In this document: positions 18,171 to 27,513 of the stretch, in pieces
How positions within the stretch are numbered: position 1 is the first letter of the stretch
Layout: every line of letters begins with the position of its first letter
From: an uncultured virus (IMG/VR IMGVR_UViG_3300044611_002154)
Taxonomy: Duplodnaviria; Heunggongvirae; Uroviricota; Caudoviricetes
Virus record (IMG/VR): IMGVR_UViG_3300044611_002154
DNA: 64,000 bases
Strand: one strand, 5' to 3'
Translations under genes and position numbers: made by a program
Notes under the pieces: model-generated
The model's input: only the letters and a program-made list of their open reading frames with translations
What the model was told of the DNA's origin: nothing
Database searches by the model: none

Positions 18171-18889
18171 TCATGCAAATTTCACAAATCTTCCTTTCAA
18201 CTGATCCGTCAGAAGCGCTTAGCCCTTTTCTAAAGCACGCTACGGGAACTATTGACGCATGCTTTTCCGAGGCGAAGCATGTTATTTACAACAGCGACTC
18301 ACTTCGCGCCTTCATTGCTGATAACTATGAAGAAGAAGTGTTGTGGGCTTACGACACGCTCAAACCGTTTTCTTACAAAGCAGATCTTGGTCGTTTCTGC
18401 TTGCTAAACAAGCTTGGTGGCTGGTATTTTGATATTGGCGTGAGGGCTTTTAATGCAGTGGAGCTTGGTGAGCGCATCAAGTTTCTTGCCTTCCGCGACA
18501 TTCAGCGTTTTAGCTATACAAGCTGGGCATGCGCTACGACAGTGCTTTATTCTCAGCCCGATAATCCTGCGTTGCAAACTGCCATTGAAATGATTGTGGC
18601 AAATTGCGTGCAACAATACTATGGCATCACTCCATTGTGTCCTACTGGCCCCACGCTGCTTGGTAAAGCTTTGGCAGCGAATGGAAGCCAAGCTGATTTT
18701 ATTTATGGAGACTATCTTGAACTGACGCCCACTCACGGCCAAAAGAATAGGGCTTTCGTTCTGCCTGATGGCACGATCATGGCATGGAGTAAGCCTGCTG
18801 GCGGTGGCGATTTGACGGGACTTGGCGCTAAAGGCGTCAACAATTACAATGAGCTGTGGCAAGCTCGCAAGGTGTATGGCGATGATTGA
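18167..18889 (+). CDS. Glycosyltransferase (GT32-like)
   Basis: KADLGRFCLL..LGGWYFD and TGPTLL motifs. Confidence 0.8.
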   Translation: MIMQISQIFLSTDPSEALSPFLKHATGTIDACFSEAKHVIYNSDSLRAFIADNYEEEVLWAYDTLKPFSYKADLGRFCLLNKLGGWYFDIGVRAFNAVELGERIKFLAFRDIQRFSYTSWACATTVLYSQPDNPALQTAIEMIVANCVQQYYGITPLCPTGPTLLGKALAANGSQADFIYGDYLELTPTHGQKNRAFVLPDGTIMAWSKPAGGGDLTGLGAKGVNNYNELWQARKVYGDD

Positions 18890-19592
18890 TAGCACAATCT
18901 ATGCGGTTTGCATTGCTGGCGAGAAAGTGCGTTACACGGCCAAGTCTCGCATTGTGCCAATCATGGGGGGAAGTTATGCGTTAACTGACGACGAGCGCGA
19001 AAAATTGCGCTTAGAAGGCTATGTTTTCGACGACGAAAATGCTTTTCTTTCTGGGCTAAATAGTCGCTGTGGCGAACTGTCTTGCGTGCATTGGATGATT
19101 CGCAATGCCAATGAAAGCAATATTGGCAATGCCCAGTATCGGCGCAATTGGATAGAGCCACAAGGTGAATGGTATTGCCCAGAAACGCTTTACTTGCCTG
19201 AGCCTGCTCAATTTTCTTGTACTCTTGAGCAACAATTTTATGGAGGACATTCTGCTTTTGATGCACCAGCGATCACGCGAGAATTGGCCGACACAAAAGA
19301 ATGGCTGTTTTCTCGGGAAGAAATAGATCAGATATGGGCGCAGTCTTCATTTATTGGCTGCAACATGGCGCGTGGCCCACGGCAAAGTTATAAGCAGTTT
19401 ATGGGAATTCTGCTTTCGGCATTGGGACCAATTTGGCTTAAGCATAAGGAGCATTTTCGTTCCATTAATGGTTATGACAAGCGTGCAATTGCTTTTATTG
19501 CAGAACGCTTGATTACTGGCATGGTTTTATGCAGGGATAGGATTTTGCCAGGCGTTAAGATAGCCACGGCTCCGATAGGATTTATTAATTAA
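18882..19592 (+). CDS. DUF4422-like putative glycosyltransferase
   Basis: Motifs ELS.VHW, YRR, CNM and RAIAFIAERL. Confidence 0.6.
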   Translation: MIDSTIYAVCIAGEKVRYTAKSRIVPIMGGSYALTDDEREKLRLEGYVFDDENAFLSGLNSRCGELSCVHWMIRNANESNIGNAQYRRNWIEPQGEWYCPETLYLPEPAQFSCTLEQQFYGGHSAFDAPAITRELADTKEWLFSREEIDQIWAQSSFIGCNMARGPRQSYKQFMGILLSALGPIWLKHKEHFRSINGYDKRAIAFIAERLITGMVLCRDRILPGVKIATAPIGFIN

Positions 19593-19610
19593 TTGCGCTC
19601 AAGCTTAATC

Positions 19611-19874
19611 ATGACTACAAAAGAAAAGCAAGCAAAAATTGCTCGTGTTCTTCGCGAATTTAAAGCTGGCACTCTTAAGGGTAGTGGCGGTGAGAAAATT
19701 AAAGACAGAAAGCGTGCAATTGCCATTGCTCTTTCAGAAGCTGGTATGAGTCGTCAAGGTAAGAGCGATGCCTATTGGGACAATTATTTCATGACTCTTA
19801 TTGGCGAAGAGGAAGAAGAAGAGGAAGAGGGCATGGAAGAAATGGAGGACGGTTCCTGCGGAAAAAAGCGCTGA
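19611..19874 (+). CDS. DUF6496-like small protein with acidic tail
   Basis: KIARVLREFKAGTLKGSGG...AIAIALSEA; ends at a slippery site. Confidence 0.7.
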   Translation: MTTKEKQAKIARVLREFKAGTLKGSGGEKIKDRKRAIAIALSEAGMSRQGKSDAYWDNYFMTLIGEEEEEEEEGMEEMEDGSCGKKR

Positions 19875-20221
19875 GGGGTGACGCCGAAAGCTTTGCCCCT
19901 CCTGCCGCTGTAAGAGCCGCTGCTCGCCGTGGCTTAGAACTACGCAAGAAACATGGCAAGGGAGGCTTGACGACGCAGGAAGCGGGCAAGCAAGGCATTG
20001 GAAGCGGCGTTGCTCGTGCGACAAGCCTGGCCAATGGCGAGAAGGTGAGCTATGAGACCATTAAACGCATGGCCGCATTTTTCTCAAGGCATGCCAAGAA
20101 CAAAAGTGGCGGAGAGGATGATGCTGGTTATATCAGCCATAATTTATGGGGCGGCGATGCTGGTAGGGCGTGGGCAAATCGCATCATTAAGATGGTAGAG
20201 AATCGCAGAAAAGACCAATGA
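19862..20221 (+). CDS. Conserved phage domain, probably expressed as a -1 frameshift extension of 19611
   Basis: GVARA..LANG...IKRM.AFFSRH...LWGGDAG motif. It lies in the -1 frame, has no good start of its own, and A_AAA_AAG is at 19862. Confidence 0.65.
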   Translation, partial: KKALRGDAESFAPPAAVRAAARRGLELRKKHGKGGLTTQEAGKQGIGSGVARATSLANGEKVSYETIKRMAAFFSRHAKNKSGGEDDAGYISHNLWGGDAGRAWANRIIKMVENRRKDQ

Positions 20222-20529
20222 GCGAATACGTGCGTGTTATCGAAGAAGAAGACGAAGGCATTGGTCTTTTAAAGGCTCTCTCTATTCTTTCCGCTAACGA
20301 GCATCGCAACACTTCACGATGGGAACTAGTGGAGAAGCAGTGCTTTAAAAATGGACGACTAGATGAAACGCACATCTATGTAATGAGCGTTTACGAAAAG
20401 CCCGACCCTCATTTTGAACCGACAAAGTTTTTGACGTTTGAAATTGAGGCAATGGCAAAGTCCTACATTATGGAAGACATTGAAAATCAACTTGCCAGCA
20501 TTCGCGGCGAAGACGATGATGAGGACTGA
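20218..20529 (+). CDS. Hypothetical protein
   Basis: 103-aa ORF with ATGA overlap. Confidence 0.65.
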   Translation: MSEYVRVIEEEDEGIGLLKALSILSANEHRNTSRWELVEKQCFKNGRLDETHIYVMSVYEKPDPHFEPTKFLTFEIEAMAKSYIMEDIENQLASIRGEDDDED

Positions 20530-20567
20530 CTATTGCGTTTCTTAATAAGCGCTTTTTATTGAGAAAG

Positions 20568-20846
20568 CTAATTGATCTTTGCAATGAATGATGGGTAGCC
20601 CATCAGCCACAGCACACTAATCCCATAGAGACCGCTGAGCGTGCGAATTTGTACGCAATCTGGCGGGGCTGTGCCTTTTTCAATGCGGCAATAAGAGCTT
20701 TGACTGATGTGAAGTTCTTTTGCTACGTCATGTTGCGTGAGTCCAGCATTAAGCCGAGCCTCCTTAATGCGGCTTGCAATAAGAATACGAGCTTCTTGGT
20801 GGGGAAGTTTAAGAGCATCCGTCGTGCTACGTGCCAAAAACATCAC
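20568..20846 (-). CDS. XRE-family HTH regulator
   Basis: RIKEARLNAGLTQHDVAKELHISQSSYCRIEKG. Confidence 0.85.
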   Translation of the reverse strand: MMFLARSTTDALKLPHQEARILIASRIKEARLNAGLTQHDVAKELHISQSSYCRIEKGTAPPDCVQIRTLSGLYGISVLWLMGYPSFIAKIN

Positions 20847-20905
20847 GATGATTTATTCCGTTTTGCATAAGCCTATAAAGTATAACATTCGCTTCTTGAT
20901 AAAGT

Positions 20906-22105
20906 ATGAATATGAGCACCATTTCTTGCCGATACGATTTCTCTCCTATTGAGAAATACGAACTCACGCCAGAAGGTTATCTTCGGGCATGGGCTTCAAT
21001 CGCACGCACTGGCATCCAACACTACACAGATAGTGATGGCTCCATTCGTCGCGAATATCGTCCTGAAACAGAAGTGGCGTCTCCCGATAGTCTTGCTTCA
21101 TTCGCGGGCAAGGCAATCACTTCTGAGCATCCGCCTGTACTGCTCGATTCTGAGAATACTAAGGACTACCAAGTAGGCTTTAGTGGTACTGAAGTGGTGT
21201 ACGACAATGGTTTTGTCAAGGCAGTGATGACAATCACTGACGAAGACACCATCAAGCGCATCATGAAAGGAGATGCTCGTGAGGTAAGCGCGGGCTATAG
21301 GGTGAATTATGATCCCACGCCTGGCGTTACAGAAAACGGTGAACATTACGATGGCATCCAAAAGGAAATCATCGGCAATCACATCGCTGTTGTTCGTCGG
21401 GGCCGCGCTGGCCCGCAAGTGAAGCTTCATCTTGATAGGCAAGATGCTGCTGACCCATCATTGATCTCTAATGGAGGAGACCATCTCATGACGGCAAAAG
21501 TCGTTTTTGATGGCGCCGAGTTCGAGGTGACTGAGAGCGTTGCTCTTGCAATCACCAAAGAACGCGAAGACGCCAAAATGTCCTACGAGGACATGAAACA
21601 AAAGTACGATGAAATGATGTCCAAAGCTTCCAAAATGAAGGAAGAGATGGACGCCATGGAAAAGGAAATGCAAGGCAAGTGCGATTCCGCTGAGGGTCGT
21701 GCTGACGCCCTGGCTGAGCAGGTGGAAGAGCTGAAAGGCGAACTTGCTGCTGCTCAAGAAATCAACCTTGATTCCATGGTTGAAGAGCGCGTGGCTCTCA
21801 TTGAGAAAGCCAAGCCTGTCCTGGATTCTGCTTATGAATTTGCTGGCAAAACTGCCCGCGAAGTGATGGTTGATTCCATCAAAGCAGTGCGTGGTGACGA
21901 GCTTGATCTTTCTGAGAAGAGCGATGACTACGTGCAGGCAATGTTCGACACTCTTTCCGAAGGTCGTTCTGACTCTGCCACCACTGACGAGCTGCGTAAA
22001 GCCGTAGCTTCCATTGCTTCTCCTGTTTCTGCACCCTCTGCCTATATGGATATGCTGCAGAATGCATGGAAGAAGCCCCTTTCCATCTCCAAGGAGGCTA
22101 AGTAA
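20906..22105 (+). CDS. DUF2213 prohead protease/scaffold
   Basis: Motifs TPEGYL, ARTGIQ.Y, EVSAGY and NHIAVVRRGRAG, plus a coiled-coil C terminus. Confidence 0.88.
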   Translation: MNMSTISCRYDFSPIEKYELTPEGYLRAWASIARTGIQHYTDSDGSIRREYRPETEVASPDSLASFAGKAITSEHPPVLLDSENTKDYQVGFSGTEVVYDNGFVKAVMTITDEDTIKRIMKGDAREVSAGYRVNYDPTPGVTENGEHYDGIQKEIIGNHIAVVRRGRAGPQVKLHLDRQDAADPSLISNGGDHLMTAKVVFDGAEFEVTESVALAITKEREDAKMSYEDMKQKYDEMMSKASKMKEEMDAMEKEMQGKCDSAEGRADALAEQVEELKGELAAAQEINLDSMVEERVALIEKAKPVLDSAYEFAGKTAREVMVDSIKAVRGDELDLSEKSDDYVQAMFDTLSEGRSDSATTDELRKAVASIASPVSAPSAYMDMLQNAWKKPLSISKEAK

Positions 22106-22107
22106 TC

Positions 22108-22668
22108 ATGGCCGTAACTTTCTCTGCTTCGGGCACTGCCTCCGCTGGTGGCGTGCAACAGAGCTATGCTCTGGAGCACACTGCACTGCTGGAAGGTCAA
22201 CTGTCTGACATTCGCGACAACACCATCGGCACCTACATCAACGAAACTGGCGCTGTGCTGCCTTTCGGTAATGTGGTTGTCTACAACACCGCTGGCACTG
22301 CTGCAAACTCTGCTGCTACCATCTCTGGCGCTTCTGACACCGTTCAGGGTATCAACGTTCTCACTTACGTTGATGAAACCGCTCTTGATTCCAACAACCG
22401 TCCTGGTGTGAAGAATCAGCAAGTGCTGAACGTGGCCAACGAAGGTGCAGTGGCTGTCTATGTGACCGGCGCTGTTTCGCCCACTTCGCCTGTGCGCGTG
22501 CTGTATTCCGCTAGCGGCACTGGCAAGGCTGGTCAATTCTCGCATGCTTTTGCTTCTGGCAAAACCGTTCGCCTCGCTGGCGCACGTTTCCTGAGCACCA
22601 CCACTTCCAGCGGCATTGCAATTCTGGAGCTGAATGGCCCCAGCTTTACTCTTTCCGCTGATTCTTGA
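22108..22668 (+). CDS. Head decoration/cement protein
   Basis: Small Ala/Gly/Thr-rich protein between scaffold and capsid genes. Confidence 0.7.
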   Translation: MAVTFSASGTASAGGVQQSYALEHTALLEGQLSDIRDNTIGTYINETGAVLPFGNVVVYNTAGTAANSAATISGASDTVQGINVLTYVDETALDSNNRPGVKNQQVLNVANEGAVAVYVTGAVSPTSPVRVLYSASGTGKAGQFSHAFASGKTVRLAGARFLSTTTSSGIAILELNGPSFTLSADS

Positions 22669-22683
22669 TAGGAGGCCCTAACA

Positions 22684-23592
22684 ATGTCTGAATTCCGTAT
22701 GGATGACGCGGGTCTGTTCCTTGAGCGTCAGCTTGAGTACATCCGCCCCCAAGTGTTTGAAGTGCAGTATGCGGATATTAAGTATCCGACCATTCTGCCT
22801 GTTACTAGCGAAGCTGGTCCTGGCGCCCAGACCTTCACCTATCGCATCATGGACTCCACTGGTGAGTTCAAGCTGATCGCTGATGCTGCTGACGATCTGC
22901 CCCGTGCTGACATCAGCCAAGTTGAGAAGAGCATCAACATCCGCTCCTTCGGTGGTTCCTTCGGTTACACCGTGCAGGAACTGCGTGCTGCTCAGATGGC
23001 CAACATCGCCCTGGAGCAGCGTCGTGCTGCTGCCGTGCGTCGTGCCTATGAGGAGAAAGTGGAAGAAGTGGCTCTGTTCGGTGAGAGCACCGTTGGCCTG
23101 TCTGGTTTCTTCAACAACTCCACCGTAGACGTTGTTGCTGCTGATAAATGGTTCACCGATAGCGGCACCACTGCTCAGGAAATGCTTGAGCTGCTGAACT
23201 ATGGCGTGAGCGCCATTATCAACGCCTCCAAGATGAAGGAGCAGCCCGACACCATCCTCATGGCTTATGAGGACTACAACAAGGTGAGCACCACTCGCAA
23301 CTCCGACTCTTCGGACGTGACTGTGCTGGAATACTTCCTGCGCACCAATCCCTACATCCGTAACGTTGAGCCCATCAACCAACTGGATGCTGGTAATAGC
23401 GTGCTGAATACCAACCGCATGGTTGTGTACAAGCGTGATCCTGAGAAGGTGCAACTGCACATTCCTCAGCCCCTGGAACTCTTCCCGCCCCAACAGCGTG
23501 GTCTTGAGTTCATCGTTCCCGCTCATGCTCGCGTGGGTGGCGTGGCTCTGTACTATCCCAAGAGCGTTATCTACGTTCAAGCTTCGGCCTGA
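22684..23592 (+). CDS. Major capsid protein (DUF2184-like)
   Basis: FLERQLEYI, YTVQELRAA and ARVGGV..YYP motifs; gene position; strong codon bias. Confidence 0.9.
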   Translation: MSEFRMDDAGLFLERQLEYIRPQVFEVQYADIKYPTILPVTSEAGPGAQTFTYRIMDSTGEFKLIADAADDLPRADISQVEKSINIRSFGGSFGYTVQELRAAQMANIALEQRRAAAVRRAYEEKVEEVALFGESTVGLSGFFNNSTVDVVAADKWFTDSGTTAQEMLELLNYGVSAIINASKMKEQPDTILMAYEDYNKVSTTRNSDSSDVTVLEYFLRTNPYIRNVEPINQLDAGNSVLNTNRMVVYKRDPEKVQLHIPQPLELFPPQQRGLEFIVPAHARVGGVALYYPKSVIYVQASA

Positions 23593-23647
23593 GGATAGTT
23601 AGTCAAGCGAGGGACGTTAAGCTATGGACAATTGTTTCTTTTGAACA

Positions 23648-24034
23648 ATGCTCATTGCTTATCGTCCCGAACTTGAAAACCCGCCCCGTGAAGGCGGGTT
23701 TGGCATTATTACGCAAACTGGCATGATTCAACTCACGCCTGGTCTTAATCAAGATATTCCAGAGCATCAATGGAAGGTGGCTCGTGAGAATAGGGCGGTT
23801 AAACGCCTTATGAACATTGGAGCCATCGAGGAAGTGCGTGAGCAAATCATGGTGGAAGACATTCCACAAGATGTGCAAACGCTTTCTCAAATGCCAATGG
23901 TGGAAGCCATCCGCATGATCGAACTCATTCATGATCCCGATCAGTTGAATGGATGGAAGAAGATTGAAGGCCGTGTAAGGGTGCGTAATGCCATTAATAA
24001 GCGCATTGAAAACATTCGCATTGGGAAAGCCTGA
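23648..24034 (+). CDS. Hypothetical virion-associated protein
   Basis: 128-aa ORF after the capsid gene. Confidence 0.65.
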   Translation: MLIAYRPELENPPREGGFGIITQTGMIQLTPGLNQDIPEHQWKVARENRAVKRLMNIGAIEEVREQIMVEDIPQDVQTLSQMPMVEAIRMIELIHDPDQLNGWKKIEGRVRVRNAINKRIENIRIGKA

Positions 24035-24036
24035 TT

Positions 24037-24348
24037 ATGGCCGTCACTTATGCGAGTTTTCTTGAGCGGTTCCCTGAATTCACTCCCCATCCATCGGGGA
24101 TTGTAAATGGTGCCATCTCTGAAGCCACTTACGATGCATCGCAAGATGTATTTGGGGAACAAACTGATAGGGCCGTGAAATTCCTCGCTGCTCATATTAT
24201 TGCCATTCAACTTGCGCAGATGGGCATTCAAATTGGTGCTACTGACGGCAAGGTGTATGGCGAGGGGCTAGACGCCACTCAATACGGTCAAGAGTTCAAG
24301 CGCATGCTGAATCTTCTTCCTTCTTCTTCTGTTGGTTTCGTTGTATGA
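24037..24348 (+). CDS. Head-tail adaptor (DUF4054-like)
   Basis: Motifs FLERFPEF, LAAH and TQYGQEF. Confidence 0.8.
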   Translation: MAVTYASFLERFPEFTPHPSGIVNGAISEATYDASQDVFGEQTDRAVKFLAAHIIAIQLAQMGIQIGATDGKVYGEGLDATQYGQEFKRMLNLLPSSSVGFVV

Positions 24349-24734
24349 GCAATTTCCTGGAGCCACTTGCCAATTCCACGCTGGTATGGTCAGTGGCTTC
24401 GGGCTATGCGCTTGATAGCGAAACTGGAAATTATGTGGCTGTTGCAACGGGCATTACTTACTATGCATCGTTAAGACAAAAACGCAATCCTCAGTACGAT
24501 TACTTGCTTGGTGCAGACCAGACTGCCGTCTATATGGAAGGTCGTCTTACTTCTCCGCTTACGTTATCTGGCGTGACGCCTGGAGATTCTGCTCAAGCAA
24601 CAATCAATGGAAGAGAGGGGCGCTTTGAACTATTACCAAACGAGGAGATTGCTATTCATTATTGGCAGTTCCTCGGCACACCAATTAGGGGAATTTTTAG
24701 ACTAATTGGCAAAGGAAGCGTTGACAATGCTTAA
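24345..24734 (+). CDS. Putative head closure protein
   Basis: Size and synteny only. Confidence 0.55.
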   Translation: MSNFLEPLANSTLVWSVASGYALDSETGNYVAVATGITYYASLRQKRNPQYDYLLGADQTAVYMEGRLTSPLTLSGVTPGDSAQATINGREGRFELLPNEEIAIHYWQFLGTPIRGIFRLIGKGSVDNA

Positions 24735-24784
24735 TCGAGCATGGCGCCGCTTAATCATTCTTTCCTTTCATTGAGGATCTTCTC

Positions 24785-25363
24785 ATGCTTTACCATCCCA
24801 CTGAGCTGGTGAAGAGCCAAGACGTGATTGTGCGCGTTGGCTCGATCAACGGCACTGCACGCCCTGTCATCACTCAGAGCGGCGCTACTTTCACTGTGAG
24901 CGGCGCCCCTACTCTCTACACCCTCCAAGCCGCTACGACGGCTTCTGTTGCCTTTAACGATGGCAACCAAGAATTCTATCTGCTTGGTGGCGGCGGCTTC
25001 GCTGATAGCGTGATCGTTACTAGCCAAGCCACTGCCTCCATTACTTCCTATTTCCAAAAGGATGTTGATGGCACTGTGTTCCTGCCCAATAGCTTTGACG
25101 AAGCTTTCCAAGTAATTACTGCTTCGCGCTATGACAAGAACCACGAAGTCTACGTGGAAATCAACAAGCAGCTTGGCGCTTCTGGCACCACTTATTACTA
25201 TGATCGCGTGGCCTTTACTGCTTGCGTGATGAACTACAACGAGAGCTATCCTGCTGATAACCTCGTGGAATGCACCTTCGATTTGATTAGCCGTGGTCGC
25301 ATTGGCATCCACCAGAATGCTTCCGAGACTGGCTCTATCATCCCTTCGGCTCCCAATAGCTGA
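24785..25363 (+). CDS. Major tail tube protein
   Basis: Beta-rich 192-aa protein with strong codon bias, followed by a terminator. Confidence 0.7.
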   Translation: MLYHPTELVKSQDVIVRVGSINGTARPVITQSGATFTVSGAPTLYTLQAATTASVAFNDGNQEFYLLGGGGFADSVIVTSQATASITSYFQKDVDGTVFLPNSFDEAFQVITASRYDKNHEVYVEINKQLGASGTTYYYDRVAFTACVMNYNESYPADNLVECTFDLISRGRIGIHQNASETGSIIPSAPNS

Positions 25364-25387
25364 TTCATCTTTCCATAGATCTTTGCT

Positions 25388-25414
25388 AGCCTTCCTTTAC
25401 GGGAAGGCTTTTTT
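25388..25414 (+). terminator. Intrinsic terminator
   Basis: agccttcc-ttta-cgggaaggct followed by a T-tract. Confidence 0.75.
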
Positions 25415-25417
25415 ATT

Positions 25418-25828
25418 GTGAACATTACACAACTCAGAGAAGTAATTACTGAATTGCTTTCTGCATCGCCTAATTTAATTGGCACCTATACACTGCCAAA
25501 TAACTCTACTATTCCTGCGGTGTATGTAGTTGGCCCTCAAAGCGTACCGAAAGAATGGAAAGTAAAAGGATTGGAGGTGGCCATTCGGCAATTTCCGCAA
25601 TTAGCTCCAGCTTCACCGCTGGGTGGCACGGTAAAGGTGACGCAAGTATGGGAGGTGATATTGACGCAGTTTACGCCTAGTGGCACTCAAATGGCTACAG
25701 CAATGGACAGAATGGTAAGACGTTTTCCAGATGCTACGCCACGATATTTCCAAGGAGATGACGTGGCTTATGAGCGTTGTCGTTTCTTGATTCCCGACCT
25801 TATTCTTCGCAATTTAATTGCATCATGA
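25418..25828 (+). CDS. Putative tail completion protein
   Basis: Size and synteny. Confidence 0.55.
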   Translation: MNITQLREVITELLSASPNLIGTYTLPNNSTIPAVYVVGPQSVPKEWKVKGLEVAIRQFPQLAPASPLGGTVKVTQVWEVILTQFTPSGTQMATAMDRMVRRFPDATPRYFQGDDVAYERCRFLIPDLILRNLIAS

Positions 25829-26280
25829 GCGGGATCATTGTTGGCGGAACAGTTTTAAATGCAAAGATCTTGGAAGCAAAGCTTACTAAAGCTTTTGAAA
25901 CCTGGGCTCGTTTTGATGTGAATGATTATTTTCGTGATCAATTCTTGGAAGACAAGTGGGATTACGATGGAGAAACTCAGCGCAAAAGCGGAGAATTTGT
26001 CGGTCCAGAACCTCGGAATATTTTTGATTTAGGTGATCTATATAGAAGCGGAAGAGATAGTTTCAAGATTGAACAAGGTGGCGTTGATATCACTGCATCT
26101 TGGGACTGGGATGCTAAAAATAGTTCAGGAAGAGGATACGCCTGGTATGTTCATGAAGGATTATCAACCAACATTGAGCCGCGTCAATGGACGGACATCT
26201 TTCAACAGCGCGATTTGTTTAGCCAGAGCGGCGTGAGCAAGGAGCTAAGATCTCGCATACGCACTGCATTAAACAAGTGA
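25825..26280 (+). CDS. Putative neck/tail component (HK97 gp10-like)
   Basis: RNIFDLGDLYRS, YAWYVHEG and PRQW motifs. Confidence 0.6.
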   Translation: MSGIIVGGTVLNAKILEAKLTKAFETWARFDVNDYFRDQFLEDKWDYDGETQRKSGEFVGPEPRNIFDLGDLYRSGRDSFKIEQGGVDITASWDWDAKNSSGRGYAWYVHEGLSTNIEPRQWTDIFQQRDLFSQSGVSKELRSRIRTALNK

Positions 26281-26534
26281 ATATTGACTACCTTTGGAGC
26301 GAAGATAAAACCGTGCATGCCATTAACAATGCATTGGACGGTGCAGCGTTGGAAGTAGGCATCTTGTGTCTTATTTCTTGCCGAGAAGAGACCATTAGAA
26401 TAAGCAACGAAAATCATTCAATGCTGGTTGAAGTGCCTAAAGAATTTCGCTCTAGCAGCGAAAGAGTGAAGGTCTTCAATGCATTGTTAACTGTTCTTGA
26501 TCATGAGCAAATACAGCTTCCTTCTGCAGACTAA
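26277..26534 (+). CDS. Hypothetical protein
   Basis: GTGA overlap with the upstream gene. Confidence 0.55.
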   Translation: MNIDYLWSEDKTVHAINNALDGAALEVGILCLISCREETIRISNENHSMLVEVPKEFRSSSERVKVFNALLTVLDHEQIQLPSAD

Positions 26535-27039
26535 AGCCGAAGATTACTTTGAGCTTCTTCCCGAAATCCGCATGAAGAAATATGGCGGCTGGCTTGTTGC
26601 AGAAGCCATTGAGCAAGAAGAAATTAGCAAACTGCAAAGTCAGGCAACCATCCGCGCTGTGCAACTTGCAAAGAAGATTGCCCTTGCGAAAGACATTCCT
26701 CTTGATGAAGCATTTGGCTTGCTTCAGGGCGGTGGTGGGTCCATCACTGAAGCCGAGCTTCTTTCTGAATACACAGAAGAAACTCTCAGCATGATTACTA
26801 GTGGCTCTTCAGTGGAAAGCACTAACGCTCGCATGGTCACTGCATTCATCCGCTCTCGCGGGCAGGGTTTGATTGATGGCGAATGGCAAGATCTTGCTGA
26901 TTGGGAACTGGAAGACACTAAAAATCTTCCTCGTAAAGCCATTGCAAAAGTGGTGGAGTTTATTGCTGAAGAGCAAAACGCTGAGACGCAGGAGGCAGTG
27001 GCGGCAAAAAAAGCGACGAAGAGGAATTCTCCTCAGTAG
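26503..27039 (+). CDS. Tail assembly chaperone (G-like)
   Basis: Lies before the tape measure gene; A7 slippery run near the 3' end. Confidence 0.7.
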   Translation: MSKYSFLLQTKAEDYFELLPEIRMKKYGGWLVAEAIEQEEISKLQSQATIRAVQLAKKIALAKDIPLDEAFGLLQGGGGSITEAELLSEYTEETLSMITSGSSVESTNARMVTAFIRSRGQGLIDGEWQDLADWELEDTKNLPRKAIAKVVEFIAEEQNAETQEAVAAKKATKRNSPQ

Positions 27040-27044
27040 CAGAA

Positions 27045-27479
27045 ATGCTGGAGGCGCGGGCACGTAACCAGCTTAAAAATCTGACCAATTGGAACGAAAT
27101 TTATTTCCGACTTTCTGCATCGGATTTTAATGATAAGCGATGGCGTGCTGATCAATTTGGTCGGCAGCCATTGTCCGATATTAAGCGTGCATTGAAATAT
27201 CTTGATAAGCACGATGTGGCAAAATATAACGTGCAAAGCGTTGCCATTGCAAAGCTTGGCACAATGGCGGCTGGCATGATGGCAGGACGTAAGTCTAAGG
27301 TGAAGCCAGAAGATTTCTTACCATTTGACACAAAAGCTCTTCAAAAAGATAGTGGCATCACTGATGCAAGCCTGATTGTTCTTCAGCGTTTGATGAAGAG
27401 CAGAAGGATGGACGGAAGGGTGATTGCATTACTAGCCGATGATTTAAAGGCTTTTTCTGGGCGTAATCAGGAACAATGA
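27045..27479 (+). CDS. Tail assembly chaperone T-like frameshift extension
   Basis: In the -1 frame relative to 26503 and open back to the slippery site at 27006. Confidence 0.65.
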   Translation: MLEARARNQLKNLTNWNEIYFRLSASDFNDKRWRADQFGRQPLSDIKRALKYLDKHDVAKYNVQSVAIAKLGTMAAGMMAGRKSKVKPEDFLPFDTKALQKDSGITDASLIVLQRLMKSRRMDGRVIALLADDLKAFSGRNQEQ

Positions 27480-27513
27480 TTATAGAATGAAGGGAATGTG
27501 ATTAGAAAGTAAG

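Noticed and set aside
22678..23580. 300-aa antisense ORF over the capsid gene
   Set aside because: A shadow of strong codon bias; the same applies to 4966-5652, 24755-25312 and 56144-56839.
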